This document shows positions 27,581 through 36,294 of a stretch of 56,011 bases of DNA, piece by piece (position 1 is the stretch's first letter; each line of letters begins with the position of its first letter). A program made the translations under genes and the position numbers. This stretch comes from Mycoplasmatota bacterium (GTDB lineage Bacteria > Bacillota_I > Bacilli_A > RF39 > UBA660), in assembly GCA_044432805.1 (NCBI GenBank), contig JAWXUI010000004.1:1-56011 (forward strand), written 5' to 3'. The notes below the pieces were generated by a model that did no database searches, was not told the origin of the DNA, and worked only from the letters and a program-made list of their open reading frames with translations.

Positions 27581-27742
27581 ATGGAAGTGGTAATAGGAAT
27601 TCTTTTCTTTATATGTTGTTTTAGTTTATTGATTGCTGTAGGGTCATGTACAAATCAACAGCAAAAAAAGAAAAATAGAACTAGAAAAACAACAATGACA
27701 GCTGAAAAGTTTGGGATGCTTAATGATTTAAATAAACATTAA
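27581..27742 (+). CDS. tiny putative lipoprotein/membrane peptide (53 aa), below ORF-track cutoff
   Basis: ATG 27581 lies 8 nt after TAGGAGG. MEVVIGILFFICCFSLLIAVGSC lipobox-like sequence followed by a basic tail. Stop TAA 27740-42. Confidence 0.4.
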   Translation: MEVVIGILFFICCFSLLIAVGSCTNQQQKKKNRTRKTTMTAEKFGMLNDLNKH

Positions 27743-27763
27743 TATAAAAAAGAGGTGCTATAC

Positions 27764-29035
27764 ATGCAAAAAATGAGTTTTAATAAGAATAACGATTATC
27801 GAATTAATATGGCAATAAAGGGGATTAAAAGAGCTGAATTATTTTTATATGGAGATGAAATTCCTTTAATTAAAGAAAAACGAATCTTGTTATTTGATAA
27901 TGATAAAGAGGCTTGTGTAATTGAAATAGAAGATGTTATAGTAACTGAATTTAAAGATATAACTAAATCTTTAGTAATTTTAGACGGAACAGAAGATTTA
28001 GAATTATGGAAAGTTAATAGTTTAAAATATTTAAAAAGTATTGATAAGTCGTTTAATGAGTCTAGTAAAGTTGTTTTTGTTATTTTTAACGTAGTAGAAA
28101 ATTTAATTGAAAAAAGACATTTAATAGGTAAAAAAATAACTGAAACAAATAAAAAAATATTTGGACAAGTAAATACATTAAGCGAAATTAATTCTGGTTT
28201 TAATAACACATTATTTAATGTTAATGAAAAATTTATTATTAAAGTTTGTACAGATGAAAAGAATAAAGATTTGTTTTTAAAAGAGTATAATTTTTATTTG
28301 AAAAACAAAAACAATAAAAATATTCCAAAATTTTATAAATTTGATAATTCTAATTCAAAAGTACCTTATACTTATGAAATAATAGAAAAAGTAAATGGAA
28401 AGACATTATATTATTATTGGTATAAGATGAGTGAATTTGAAAGAAGAGAAATCATTAAAAAATTAATTTCTATTTTAAAAGAAATACATATGGAAAAAAC
28501 CATTAAAACTAATTGGAAGAATGAAATTAAAAATGATGTTTTAGAAAAAATAGAAGTTTGTAAAAAATATTTTTCTAGTGATGAATATGAAATAGTAATA
28601 TCTGCTATTAAAGTATATGATAAATATTTATTAGATGAAAATATTTATTCTGTAATTCACAATGATTTACATTTTGATAATATAATGTATGATGGAGAAA
28701 AATTAACTTTAATAGATTTTAATGATTATAAAAATGCCCCAATTGATTTTGAATTTAGATTATTATATATGTGTAAATATGAACCTTGGAAATGGGCGGA
28801 TATAGAAATGGATCCATTGCAAAAACCAATTGATTATCAAAACATATTTGATTATATAAAAGAATTTTATAGTGAATTAAATGAAATAAAATTTTTAGAA
28901 GAAAGAATGATTATATATAGAATATGGGAAAATACAAGAAATTTAGAAGATTATCACTCTTCCAAATTTATTAAAAAAATAGTTGATGATTCAATTTATT
29001 TATTGGAAGGAAGGTTTGAAAATGAAAAGATTTAA
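27764..29035 (+). CDS. ASCH-domain / APH-fold kinase fusion protein
   Basis: The N-terminal ~110 aa (ELFLYGDE..LIKEKR....ACVIEIEDVIVTEFKDIT.....DGTEDLELWK......VVFVIFNVVE) looks like ASCH/PF04266. The C-terminal part has VIHNDLHFDNIMYD ... LIDFND. Confidence 0.65.
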   Translation: MQKMSFNKNNDYRINMAIKGIKRAELFLYGDEIPLIKEKRILLFDNDKEACVIEIEDVIVTEFKDITKSLVILDGTEDLELWKVNSLKYLKSIDKSFNESSKVVFVIFNVVENLIEKRHLIGKKITETNKKIFGQVNTLSEINSGFNNTLFNVNEKFIIKVCTDEKNKDLFLKEYNFYLKNKNNKNIPKFYKFDNSNSKVPYTYEIIEKVNGKTLYYYWYKMSEFERREIIKKLISILKEIHMEKTIKTNWKNEIKNDVLEKIEVCKKYFSSDEYEIVISAIKVYDKYLLDENIYSVIHNDLHFDNIMYDGEKLTLIDFNDYKNAPIDFEFRLLYMCKYEPWKWADIEMDPLQKPIDYQNIFDYIKEFYSELNEIKFLEERMIIYRIWENTRNLEDYHSSKFIKKIVDDSIYLLEGRFENEKI

Positions 29036-29369
29036 ATTTTGTTTAATAGCATTATTGATAATATTTATAATTATAATATTTATTCCTAGAAATCAAAGTT
29101 CTAAAATAACAATAGAAGAAATGTATGAAATCATTGATGATGGAATAATTATAGATGTAAGAACATCTTCGGAATATGAGAGTTATAATTTATCAGATAG
29201 TATAAATATACCTTTAGATGATATTTATTCAGTAGAAGATATAATTATTGATAAAGATACACAAATATTTGTTTATTGCGCAACTGGTAATAGAAGTAGT
29301 CAAGCATATAATATCTTAATAAATTTAGAATATACAAATGTCTATGATATAGGTGGGATTTATAACTGA
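29022..29369 (+). CDS. membrane-anchored rhodanese-domain protein
   Basis: TM segment FCLIALLIIFIIIIFI. IIDVRTSSEYES and active-site loop CATGNRS. ATG 29022 follows GGAAGG. Confidence 0.8.
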   Translation: MKRFKFCLIALLIIFIIIIFIPRNQSSKITIEEMYEIIDDGIIIDVRTSSEYESYNLSDSINIPLDDIYSVEDIIIDKDTQIFVYCATGNRSSQAYNILINLEYTNVYDIGGIYN

Positions 29370-29374
29370 AGAAC

Positions 29375-29396
29375 AACAACATAAGTTGTTTTTTTG
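29375..29396 (+). terminator. terminator after rhodanese gene
   Basis: AACAAC-ataa-GTTGTT followed by T7. Confidence 0.8.
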
Positions 29397-29401
29397 TTGT
29401 T

Positions 29402-29429
29402 TTGTAAAAGACATTAAATATGATATAAT
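29402..29429 (+). promoter_or_regulatory. candidate promoter of the six-gene operon
   Basis: TTGTAA (29402-07), 16 nt spacer, TGaTATAAT extended -10 (TATAAT 29424-29). Confidence 0.5.
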
Positions 29430-29488
29430 TCAACCATGAAACCAAATAAAAAAGTATGAAAGAGGTGAAAGTCTAACTTGACTGTAAT

Positions 29489-30622
29489 ATGAAAACGATA
29501 GAAGAATATGTAGAAATGAGTAAAACAAAAGAAAATATAAGTGATGGTGGTAGTCCTGCCTATATCGTAAATGATAATTTAGTATTAGTAAAATATAGAG
29601 GTGAATCAAAGTATGGAATAGCTAGAGAATCAGCCGAAGCCGTAATGATAGCTGCAAATAATAAAAACAAACAAGGTGTAAGAACTCCTATTCATCATGA
29701 AGTGTACAGAACAATAGAAGGTAAATATAATGTATGTTATGTTTTGCAAGAAAGAGCCAAGGGAAGAAATTTAGATACTTATAGATGTAGTGAAAATGAC
29801 GTTGTAACACAAGAAACATTAATGCAAGAATTTCTCAATATGCCAAATTCTCATTTAGACAAATGTATATTAGATATTTGCTGTATTTTTAATATGGGAC
29901 TTGAACTGAAACCAAAAAATGTATTTTATGATAATAATATAGATAATGGTGGTTTTATATTTATTGATTTTTTAGAAGGTAATGAAAAGGAACTTGATTT
30001 TACCAAACCAAAAGATATAAATTTACTATTGTTATATTTGTTTTTTTTAAAAACCCCTGCTATTCCAAATTTTGGGAAGTTATATACCGAGGAACAAAAA
30101 CTAAATGGTGAACAATTTTCTCTTTCAATGAATACAAGAATCTTTAAAAGTTTAGAAAGAGTTATTCCTAATTTTGAAATTTATAAACGAGATATTTTAA
30201 GAACATATGATCAATTTAAGTTAAATAACTTAATTAGTAATAATGTTGTTTTTGAAAATCTGTCTTTAACAGAAGAAGAAATAATTCTTTTTGGAAAAAA
30301 ATGTAAAGATATAGCTATACTTTTAATTAAAGGATATCTTGATGGGACTATGTCTTTAGGGGACATATATGTAAATAAAATTAGGATTGATTCACATTTT
30401 AATTTTTTAGATACCAATTGGACTTTTAACAGATTAAATATTTTAAAAACAGAAGATTTTGAAGATTATTATGATTATAAATATAAAAACAATTCGATGT
30501 TAGAGGCTACTATTAAATTAATGATTGATGAAGCTCTAGAAACAAAGGACTATAATCTTACTAATATAAACTTTTATGATTTTTATAAAAAGATTTGTCA
30601 ATCTATGAAAAAGAAAAAATAA
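29489..30622 (+). CDS. hypothetical protein with atypical protein-kinase-like motifs
   Basis: VLVKY, GLELKPKNVFYD (29900-29920 region; Glu where HRD Asp is expected), GGFIFIDFLEG. Poor RBS at the listed ATG. Confidence 0.45.
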   Translation: MKTIEEYVEMSKTKENISDGGSPAYIVNDNLVLVKYRGESKYGIARESAEAVMIAANNKNKQGVRTPIHHEVYRTIEGKYNVCYVLQERAKGRNLDTYRCSENDVVTQETLMQEFLNMPNSHLDKCILDICCIFNMGLELKPKNVFYDNNIDNGGFIFIDFLEGNEKELDFTKPKDINLLLLYLFFLKTPAIPNFGKLYTEEQKLNGEQFSLSMNTRIFKSLERVIPNFEIYKRDILRTYDQFKLNNLISNNVVFENLSLTEEEIILFGKKCKDIAILLIKGYLDGTMSLGDIYVNKIRIDSHFNFLDTNWTFNRLNILKTEDFEDYYDYKYKNNSMLEATIKLMIDEALETKDYNLTNINFYDFYKKICQSMKKKK

Positions 30623-30656
30623 TAAATTATATATAAATAAGAAGGGTGAAAAAAAT

Positions 30657-31721
30657 ATGGAAAAAATAAAACCACAAGTATTACAAAAAGGAGATAAAGT
30701 TGCAATAGTTAGTTTATCTTCTGGATCATTGGGTGAAGAAAAAAGAATTCACAAATATATAATAGCAAAGAAAAGATTAGAAGATGAATTTGGATTAGAA
30801 GTTGTAACAACGCAAAACGCCTTGAAAGGTAAGCAATATATATATGAACATCCTGAAAAAAGGGCAGAAGATTTAATGGACGCCTTTAAAGATAAGAGTA
30901 TAAAAGCAATCATATGTGCTGCAGGCGGAGATGATACAATCAGATTATTACCGTATATAGATTATGATATCATTAAAAATAATCCTAAAATTTTTATGGG
31001 ATATTCAGATAGTACAGTTAACCATTTTATGATGAATAAAGCAAATTTAGTTTCTTTTTATGGACCATGTATAACTGTTGAATTTGGCGAATATGTCAAA
31101 ATGTTTGACTATACAAAAGAGGCAATATTTAATATCTTATTTCAGTGTAGTGATGAACTTGAAATAAAATCAAGTGAATATTGGACAGATGATCATGTTT
31201 CATGGGAAGAATCAAATATAAATATAGGAAAACAATTAAAAAAAGAAAAATACGGTTATGAAGTTATTCAAGGAAGAGGATATATAGAAGGAGAAATATT
31301 AGGTGGATGTATAGATGTTTTTCCTATGATGGTTGGAACAGGAATATGGCCAACACTAGATGAATGGAAGAATAAAATATTATTTATAGAAACAAGCGAA
31401 GAAAAAATTTCACCTACTTTATTATTATATTATTTAAGAAATTTAGGGGCCCAAGGGATTTTTAATGTCGTTAATGGTATAGTCGTAGGAAAACCAGAAG
31501 ATGAAGCTTATTATCATGAATATAAAGATATATATTTAAAAGTATTAAAAGAATTTAATTGTGAACAGTTGCCTATATTATATAATATTAATGTTGGGCA
31601 TGCTAAACCAACTGGAATACTACCTTTAGGTATAAAAGTATCAATCGATTTTGACAATAAAAAATTAATGTTAATTGAATCACCAGTTAAAAATGTTGAT
31701 TATAATAAAACAAAAAAATAA
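30657..31721 (+). CDS. S66 family LD-carboxypeptidase / MccF-like serine peptidase
   Basis: GDKVAIVSLSSG, AAGGDDT, GYSDSTV (nucleophile Ser) and C-terminal NVGHAKP His. 354 aa. Confidence 0.8.
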   Translation: MEKIKPQVLQKGDKVAIVSLSSGSLGEEKRIHKYIIAKKRLEDEFGLEVVTTQNALKGKQYIYEHPEKRAEDLMDAFKDKSIKAIICAAGGDDTIRLLPYIDYDIIKNNPKIFMGYSDSTVNHFMMNKANLVSFYGPCITVEFGEYVKMFDYTKEAIFNILFQCSDELEIKSSEYWTDDHVSWEESNINIGKQLKKEKYGYEVIQGRGYIEGEILGGCIDVFPMMVGTGIWPTLDEWKNKILFIETSEEKISPTLLLYYLRNLGAQGIFNVVNGIVVGKPEDEAYYHEYKDIYLKVLKEFNCEQLPILYNINVGHAKPTGILPLGIKVSIDFDNKKLMLIESPVKNVDYNKTKK

Positions 31722-31756
31722 ATTAATTGCATTTGCTAATTAAATGAGGTGATAAA

Positions 31757-32881
31757 ATGAATAATAGAAAAGTAAATAATAATCCTTGCGATATGATAAA
31801 ATTTACTAGGAAAAATCTAGTTATAAAAATAAATAATGCGCAAAAGAAAAATAAAAATTTAGAAGACATTAATATAGATGAAATCATAAATGATATAGTA
31901 TCTTTATGGGGGGATATTTTAAAACGAGATTTTAATGATTATCCTTCGCTAGTTGAAAATATGACTATCTGGACTAAACAATATCTTATAGGAGCTATTA
32001 ATAAAGGTTATATAAATGATGCTAATTTATATATAATGTTAAATGAATTTGCAAAAGGTATAGAAAATTTTGAGATAATACCTAGTGGTCCATTTTTTGG
32101 GTTACACAATATGGCAACAAAGACAATTAAATTACAAGCTAGCCTAGATGAATCACTTATTAGACATTGTTTTTTTCATGAAATATCTCATATGCTGACA
32201 ACTGAAATAGGAGTAGATGTAAATAGTGAATTAGAGAAAAACAGAATATCGTTAAAAATTCCATCAGAACAGTCTAAAAAACCAGGTGCTATGGTAATTC
32301 ATGATGGTAATATAATGTGTGATACTAGATATTTTATGCAGTATAAATCTTTTTTAAGAGAATGTATAGCAGAGCATATGGCTTGTGACATTGGAGAAAA
32401 TTTTAAAGAAAAAAGAACAGTAGTTCCTCAAAGTTGTTTAACATCAGATTGGGTAACTCCTTTTAACAGAACATATCAAGAAATTTGTGAAAATTTTATT
32501 ACAACATTAGATTTTTTAAGCGCCGATAATTGTAGAAGCAAGATGAAGGAACTTTCAATATTATCTACAGACCCTGAAAATATTATACTTTCACAGATAT
32601 ATAATTCATTTAAATCAAAAAAACCTAATTCCAGTAGTGATCTAGAATTGCGAAAAGATTTAAAATATATAGGAGACCAAATTTTTGTAAAATATCAGGA
32701 CAATATAAATGTTCCATCAACAACTGAATTAAAAAAATATAGGGAAATTGTAGAAAAATATAAGGGCATAGAAAAAGTAACTATCAATTCTCGTAGCGAT
32801 ATTAACTCGAGAATAAGAATATTTAAGCGTAGTGTCATACAAATTATTCCTAGAAAAAAACATAATAAAAAAATAAAATAA
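31757..32881 (+). CDS. hypothetical protein with HExxH (HEISH) motif
   Basis: CFFHEISHM followed about 55 aa later by ECIAEHM. Basic C-terminal tail. No family recognised. Confidence 0.45.
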   Translation: MNNRKVNNNPCDMIKFTRKNLVIKINNAQKKNKNLEDINIDEIINDIVSLWGDILKRDFNDYPSLVENMTIWTKQYLIGAINKGYINDANLYIMLNEFAKGIENFEIIPSGPFFGLHNMATKTIKLQASLDESLIRHCFFHEISHMLTTEIGVDVNSELEKNRISLKIPSEQSKKPGAMVIHDGNIMCDTRYFMQYKSFLRECIAEHMACDIGENFKEKRTVVPQSCLTSDWVTPFNRTYQEICENFITTLDFLSADNCRSKMKELSILSTDPENIILSQIYNSFKSKKPNSSSDLELRKDLKYIGDQIFVKYQDNINVPSTTELKKYREIVEKYKGIEKVTINSRSDINSRIRIFKRSVIQIIPRKKHNKKIK

Positions 32882-32912
32882 AAATAGTAATAAAATAGAT
32901 AGGTGGCAACAT

Positions 32913-33611
32913 ATGGAACATAGTATTTTAATATTGTTTTCAGGAGGAAAAGATTCATTTCTAACCACACTAAAATATTTAGATAAAGGTTATAAAGTTT
33001 TTTTAATTAATTATGATAATGGTTGTTCCTTAGAATCAAAAAACGTAACATATAATATTAATAAAATAATAAAAAAATATGGAACTGATAAAGTAGTTAA
33101 TTTAGGAATAATAAATACGTCTTTTATTTGGAGAGAATTTATAGAAAAATATTACAATTATACTCCTAAATATATAATTGAAACTTTTGGTAATGTTCCA
33201 ATATCACAATTTAATTGTTTATCTTGTAGAGTAGCGATGTATGTGGCAACTATAATTATTTGTAATCAAAAAAAGATAAAATTTGTAGCAGATGGAGCGA
33301 GAAAAAGTCAGTCGTTTGCTATTGAACAAGATATATTAATAAATCAATTTGAATCGTTTTTTAAACAATATAGCATCAAAATTGAGTATCCATTGTTAAA
33401 TGCAATAAGTGATTTTGATATAAAAAATGAAATTTTAGCTAGAGGTTTTGTTCCGAAAACATTAGAATCACAATGTTTATTAGGTATTCCAATTGGTGAG
33501 CAAAAGTTATCAGAAGAAGTTATTTTTTCTATTTCAAAAGTTTTTGATTTGTATATAAAACAAAAAGCTCAATATATTATAATTAAATATAAAAAATTAA
33601 AATTTGATTGA
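32913..33611 (+). CDS. PP-loop (adenine nucleotide alpha-hydrolase superfamily) ATPase
   Basis: ILILFSGGKDSFLT PP-loop at the N-terminus. Internal CLSCR pair. 232 aa. Confidence 0.65.
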   Translation: MEHSILILFSGGKDSFLTTLKYLDKGYKVFLINYDNGCSLESKNVTYNINKIIKKYGTDKVVNLGIINTSFIWREFIEKYYNYTPKYIIETFGNVPISQFNCLSCRVAMYVATIIICNQKKIKFVADGARKSQSFAIEQDILINQFESFFKQYSIKIEYPLLNAISDFDIKNEILARGFVPKTLESQCLLGIPIGEQKLSEEVIFSISKVFDLYIKQKAQYIIIKYKKLKFD

Positions 33612-33661
33612 AATTTAGTATAAGAAAATATTTACAATAAAGTAAAGGAGTTTAATGACTT

Positions 33662-34555
33662 ATGGATAATATATTAAAAAGCATTTTACATGTTCAAAAA
33701 AATAGCAAACATGTAACTATTAAAGAAGAAAAACTTAATGAAATAATAAAACAAATAAATGTTGTAAATTGTAAACATTGGCTCGAAAGTAATCCATTTG
33801 ATATACTATCACTTGATATAAAGGATTTAGTTCAAGTGTTACTTATTTATCATTCAGTTGGTTTTTGCTATTGGAAAGAGCCTAAATGGGTAGTTGAAAT
33901 AGATAAAGTCAAATATGATGGTGGATTTGCCATGCTTGGATTGCTAGTAAATAGATTTAAAAAAGATACTTCAAAAATTAGTGATACTGAGTTTTTAAAA
34001 ATGGTAAAAGCTGATAACGATATTCCTTTATTAGAAGATAGATTAAATAATTTGAGCAAAATAGAAGATGATTTTTATCAAGAAATTAAAAATATAAAAA
34101 ATGACATAGAATTATTTAATTACATTATAAACAAATATAAATATTTTAAAGATGAATCTGTTTATAATAATGAAAAGATATATTTTTATAAATTAGCGCA
34201 ATTGCTTGTTTCTGATATTCTACATATCAGAGAAATAAAAGAAAACATTATTGTTGATTACACGAATTTAATTGGATGTGCTGATTATAAAATTCCACAA
34301 GTGTTAAATTGTTATGGAATATTAGCATATAGTAAAGAACTAAATAAAATTATAGAAAATAAACAAGAAATTGAATCAAACTCTATTTATGAAATAGAAA
34401 TTAGGGCCAATACTTTAGCGGTTATTAATGAAATTTATATTAAGACTAATAAAATTATGCCAAGGATACAAATAAACGATTTTATTTGGTTGATGGGGCA
34501 AGATAAAACAAAAATGACTAAGTTATATCATCGTACTTATACAAAATGCTATTAA
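33662..34555 (+). CDS. DUF2419 / Qng1-like queuosine-salvage family protein (tentative)
   Basis: YHSVGFCYW and CADYKIPQVL..YGIL.YS resemble the conserved blocks I recall for DUF2419 (..NFCFW.., FADYRVPQVL). About 300 aa as expected. Confidence 0.55.
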   Translation: MDNILKSILHVQKNSKHVTIKEEKLNEIIKQINVVNCKHWLESNPFDILSLDIKDLVQVLLIYHSVGFCYWKEPKWVVEIDKVKYDGGFAMLGLLVNRFKKDTSKISDTEFLKMVKADNDIPLLEDRLNNLSKIEDDFYQEIKNIKNDIELFNYIINKYKYFKDESVYNNEKIYFYKLAQLLVSDILHIREIKENIIVDYTNLIGCADYKIPQVLNCYGILAYSKELNKIIENKQEIESNSIYEIEIRANTLAVINEIYIKTNKIMPRIQINDFIWLMGQDKTKMTKLYHRTYTKCY

Positions 34556-34602
34556 TCAAAATGTATAAATGCAGTTAATTAAATAGTCAAGAGGTAAAAT
34601 AA

Positions 34603-35094
34603 ATGAAAGAAAAAAGAGATTTATATAATAATCAATTAGAATTAAGTGGGAAAACATACTTTAAAGGAGACAAAATTCCAAAAAATTATTATCCAATGGT
34701 CGTAATGGTCGCAATTCAAAATTCAAATGGAGAATTTTTAATGCAAAAAAGAGTTGAGGCTAAAGGAGGAGACTGGGGTATTACTGGTGGACATCCAAAA
34801 CACGGAGAAACTCCCAAACAAGGAATTATTACTGAAGTAAAAGAGGAATTAGGTATAGACATTAGCAATCATAAAATTATCGAATTTCAAAGAGGATGCG
34901 ATGGAAAAGATTGTTATATAATGTATTATACAAAAATAGATTTAGATGTAAATGAATTAGTAATTCAATTAGATGAACTAACAGAGGTTAAATGGTTTAG
35001 TATTGAAAGGTTGCAACAAATGGTTGATACTGGAGAGTTGAATAACGATCAAGTAGAGTTTTTTATTAAATGTATTGAATATTTAAATAATTAA
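34603..35094 (+). CDS. Nudix hydrolase
   Basis: Nudix box GGHPKHGETPKQGIITEVKEELGI (Gx5Ex7REUxEExGU-like). Confidence 0.85.
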   Translation: MKEKRDLYNNQLELSGKTYFKGDKIPKNYYPMVVMVAIQNSNGEFLMQKRVEAKGGDWGITGGHPKHGETPKQGIITEVKEELGIDISNHKIIEFQRGCDGKDCYIMYYTKIDLDVNELVIQLDELTEVKWFSIERLQQMVDTGELNNDQVEFFIKCIEYLNN

Positions 35095-35291
35095 AAAGTG
35101 ATGTGAGAAAATTAATCACAGATGTTAATTTAAAAAATAATTGGTTAAAATTTCAAAATAAAAAACACATATAAAAAGCTTATAGAAAAAAGAGGTTAGT
35201 TAAAAAGAAATTGCTGTTTTTGTAAAAAAACTAAATGCAATTTTTAGTTTAGATTTATTGTGTACAATCAATTATTTTCTGTTTTGTTATT

Positions 35292-35705
35292 TTACTTAAG
35301 TATCTTGTAACTTAAGCTAACTTCATCTTCTTTTATGTATTTGAGATGGAGTTTTTTTGTTATTTCTATTCCACCTTTTTGCCAAGAAGAATATGGAACA
35401 CAATAAAAGATGTTTGAAATTTTTTCTTTTGTTTTTAAATCCAGTTTAATATCAGAAGGTTTTGAAAATTCCCACCCATTATCTGTTAATATAATTTTAA
35501 ATAACAATTTAAAATTTTCTACCCCTAATTCTTTTTTTTTATTAAATATTCTTACTACAGAATCTGGTTTGTATTTATCTACAATGAATAATAACATTAA
35601 TTTAGTTTCTCTAAAATATAAAGTTAAAGAACAGTTTTTATCTTCGAATTTACCAATCACAGTATCCATTTCTACTATACCGTTGCTGGACTTTAAAAAA
35701 TAGGT
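35292..35705 (-). mobile_element. IS30-family transposase remnant (N-terminally truncated, degenerate)
   Basis: DTVIGK...LTL..RETK, ILTDNGWEF and FYCVPYSSWQKGGIE match the IS30 DDE core (D.V.G / TDNG.EF / PY..W.RG..EN). The HTH half is missing and stops lie upstream. Confidence 0.7.
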
Positions 35706-36034
35706 AAAATATGCTATAATTATATATGAGATTTAATTTGGATTATACTAATTAAAAAACTAAATAAAAGAAGACAGTAAATAATTATGGATATGAAACA
35801 AAAATTTGAAATGCGTAAGAAAAAAGAGAAGAAATAGAAACTGGATAAAGTTGTAACAAAACGAATATCAATTGGCAAATGGGGAATAAAGGATGAATTG
35901 CTATAAACCCAGTATTTATAAGGTGATGTTCAAAAAAGTTTTTACATCTTTGAGTTAGAAAATGAGCTGAATTGCAAATTAGAGCTTTGATCAAATAAAA
36001 CGCAAATGTGTACATCTTGTTTGATGAATAATGA

Positions 36035-36236
36035 TATTTATCTTGCAAAAATTTAATAGCAGAGTTATTTGATGTGACAAGAAGTACAATAACTGGACAT
36101 ATTAGTTATATATTTAAGGAGGGTGAATCGCATTAGCAAAAGCACCATCGAAAAAACCAATATTGCTTTTTCAGATAAGCCAGTAAAAATATATAATTTA
36201 GATATTATATTAGTCTTAATCCATTGTAAGCACTAG
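36035..36236 (+). pseudogene. RhuM-family gene remnant (multiple frame breaks)
   Basis: YLSCKNLIAELFDVTRSTITGHISYIFKEGE then a stop. A second frame gives SDKPVKIYNLDIILV. Both resemble conserved RhuM N-terminal blocks (..AELF.V...TI..H..NIF.EGEL, ..YNLD.II.VGYRV). Confidence 0.55.
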
Positions 36237-36294
36237 TGTTGGTAAAATAAAAATTTTTATAAAATTATAATAATATTTGTTGGAGGTAGGTAAA

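Noticed and set aside
35785-36048. 87-aa minus-strand ORF in the gene-free scar.
   Set aside because: It has no RBS and a low-complexity hydrophobic translation. It lies in a region better explained by decayed IS30 and RhuM fragments.
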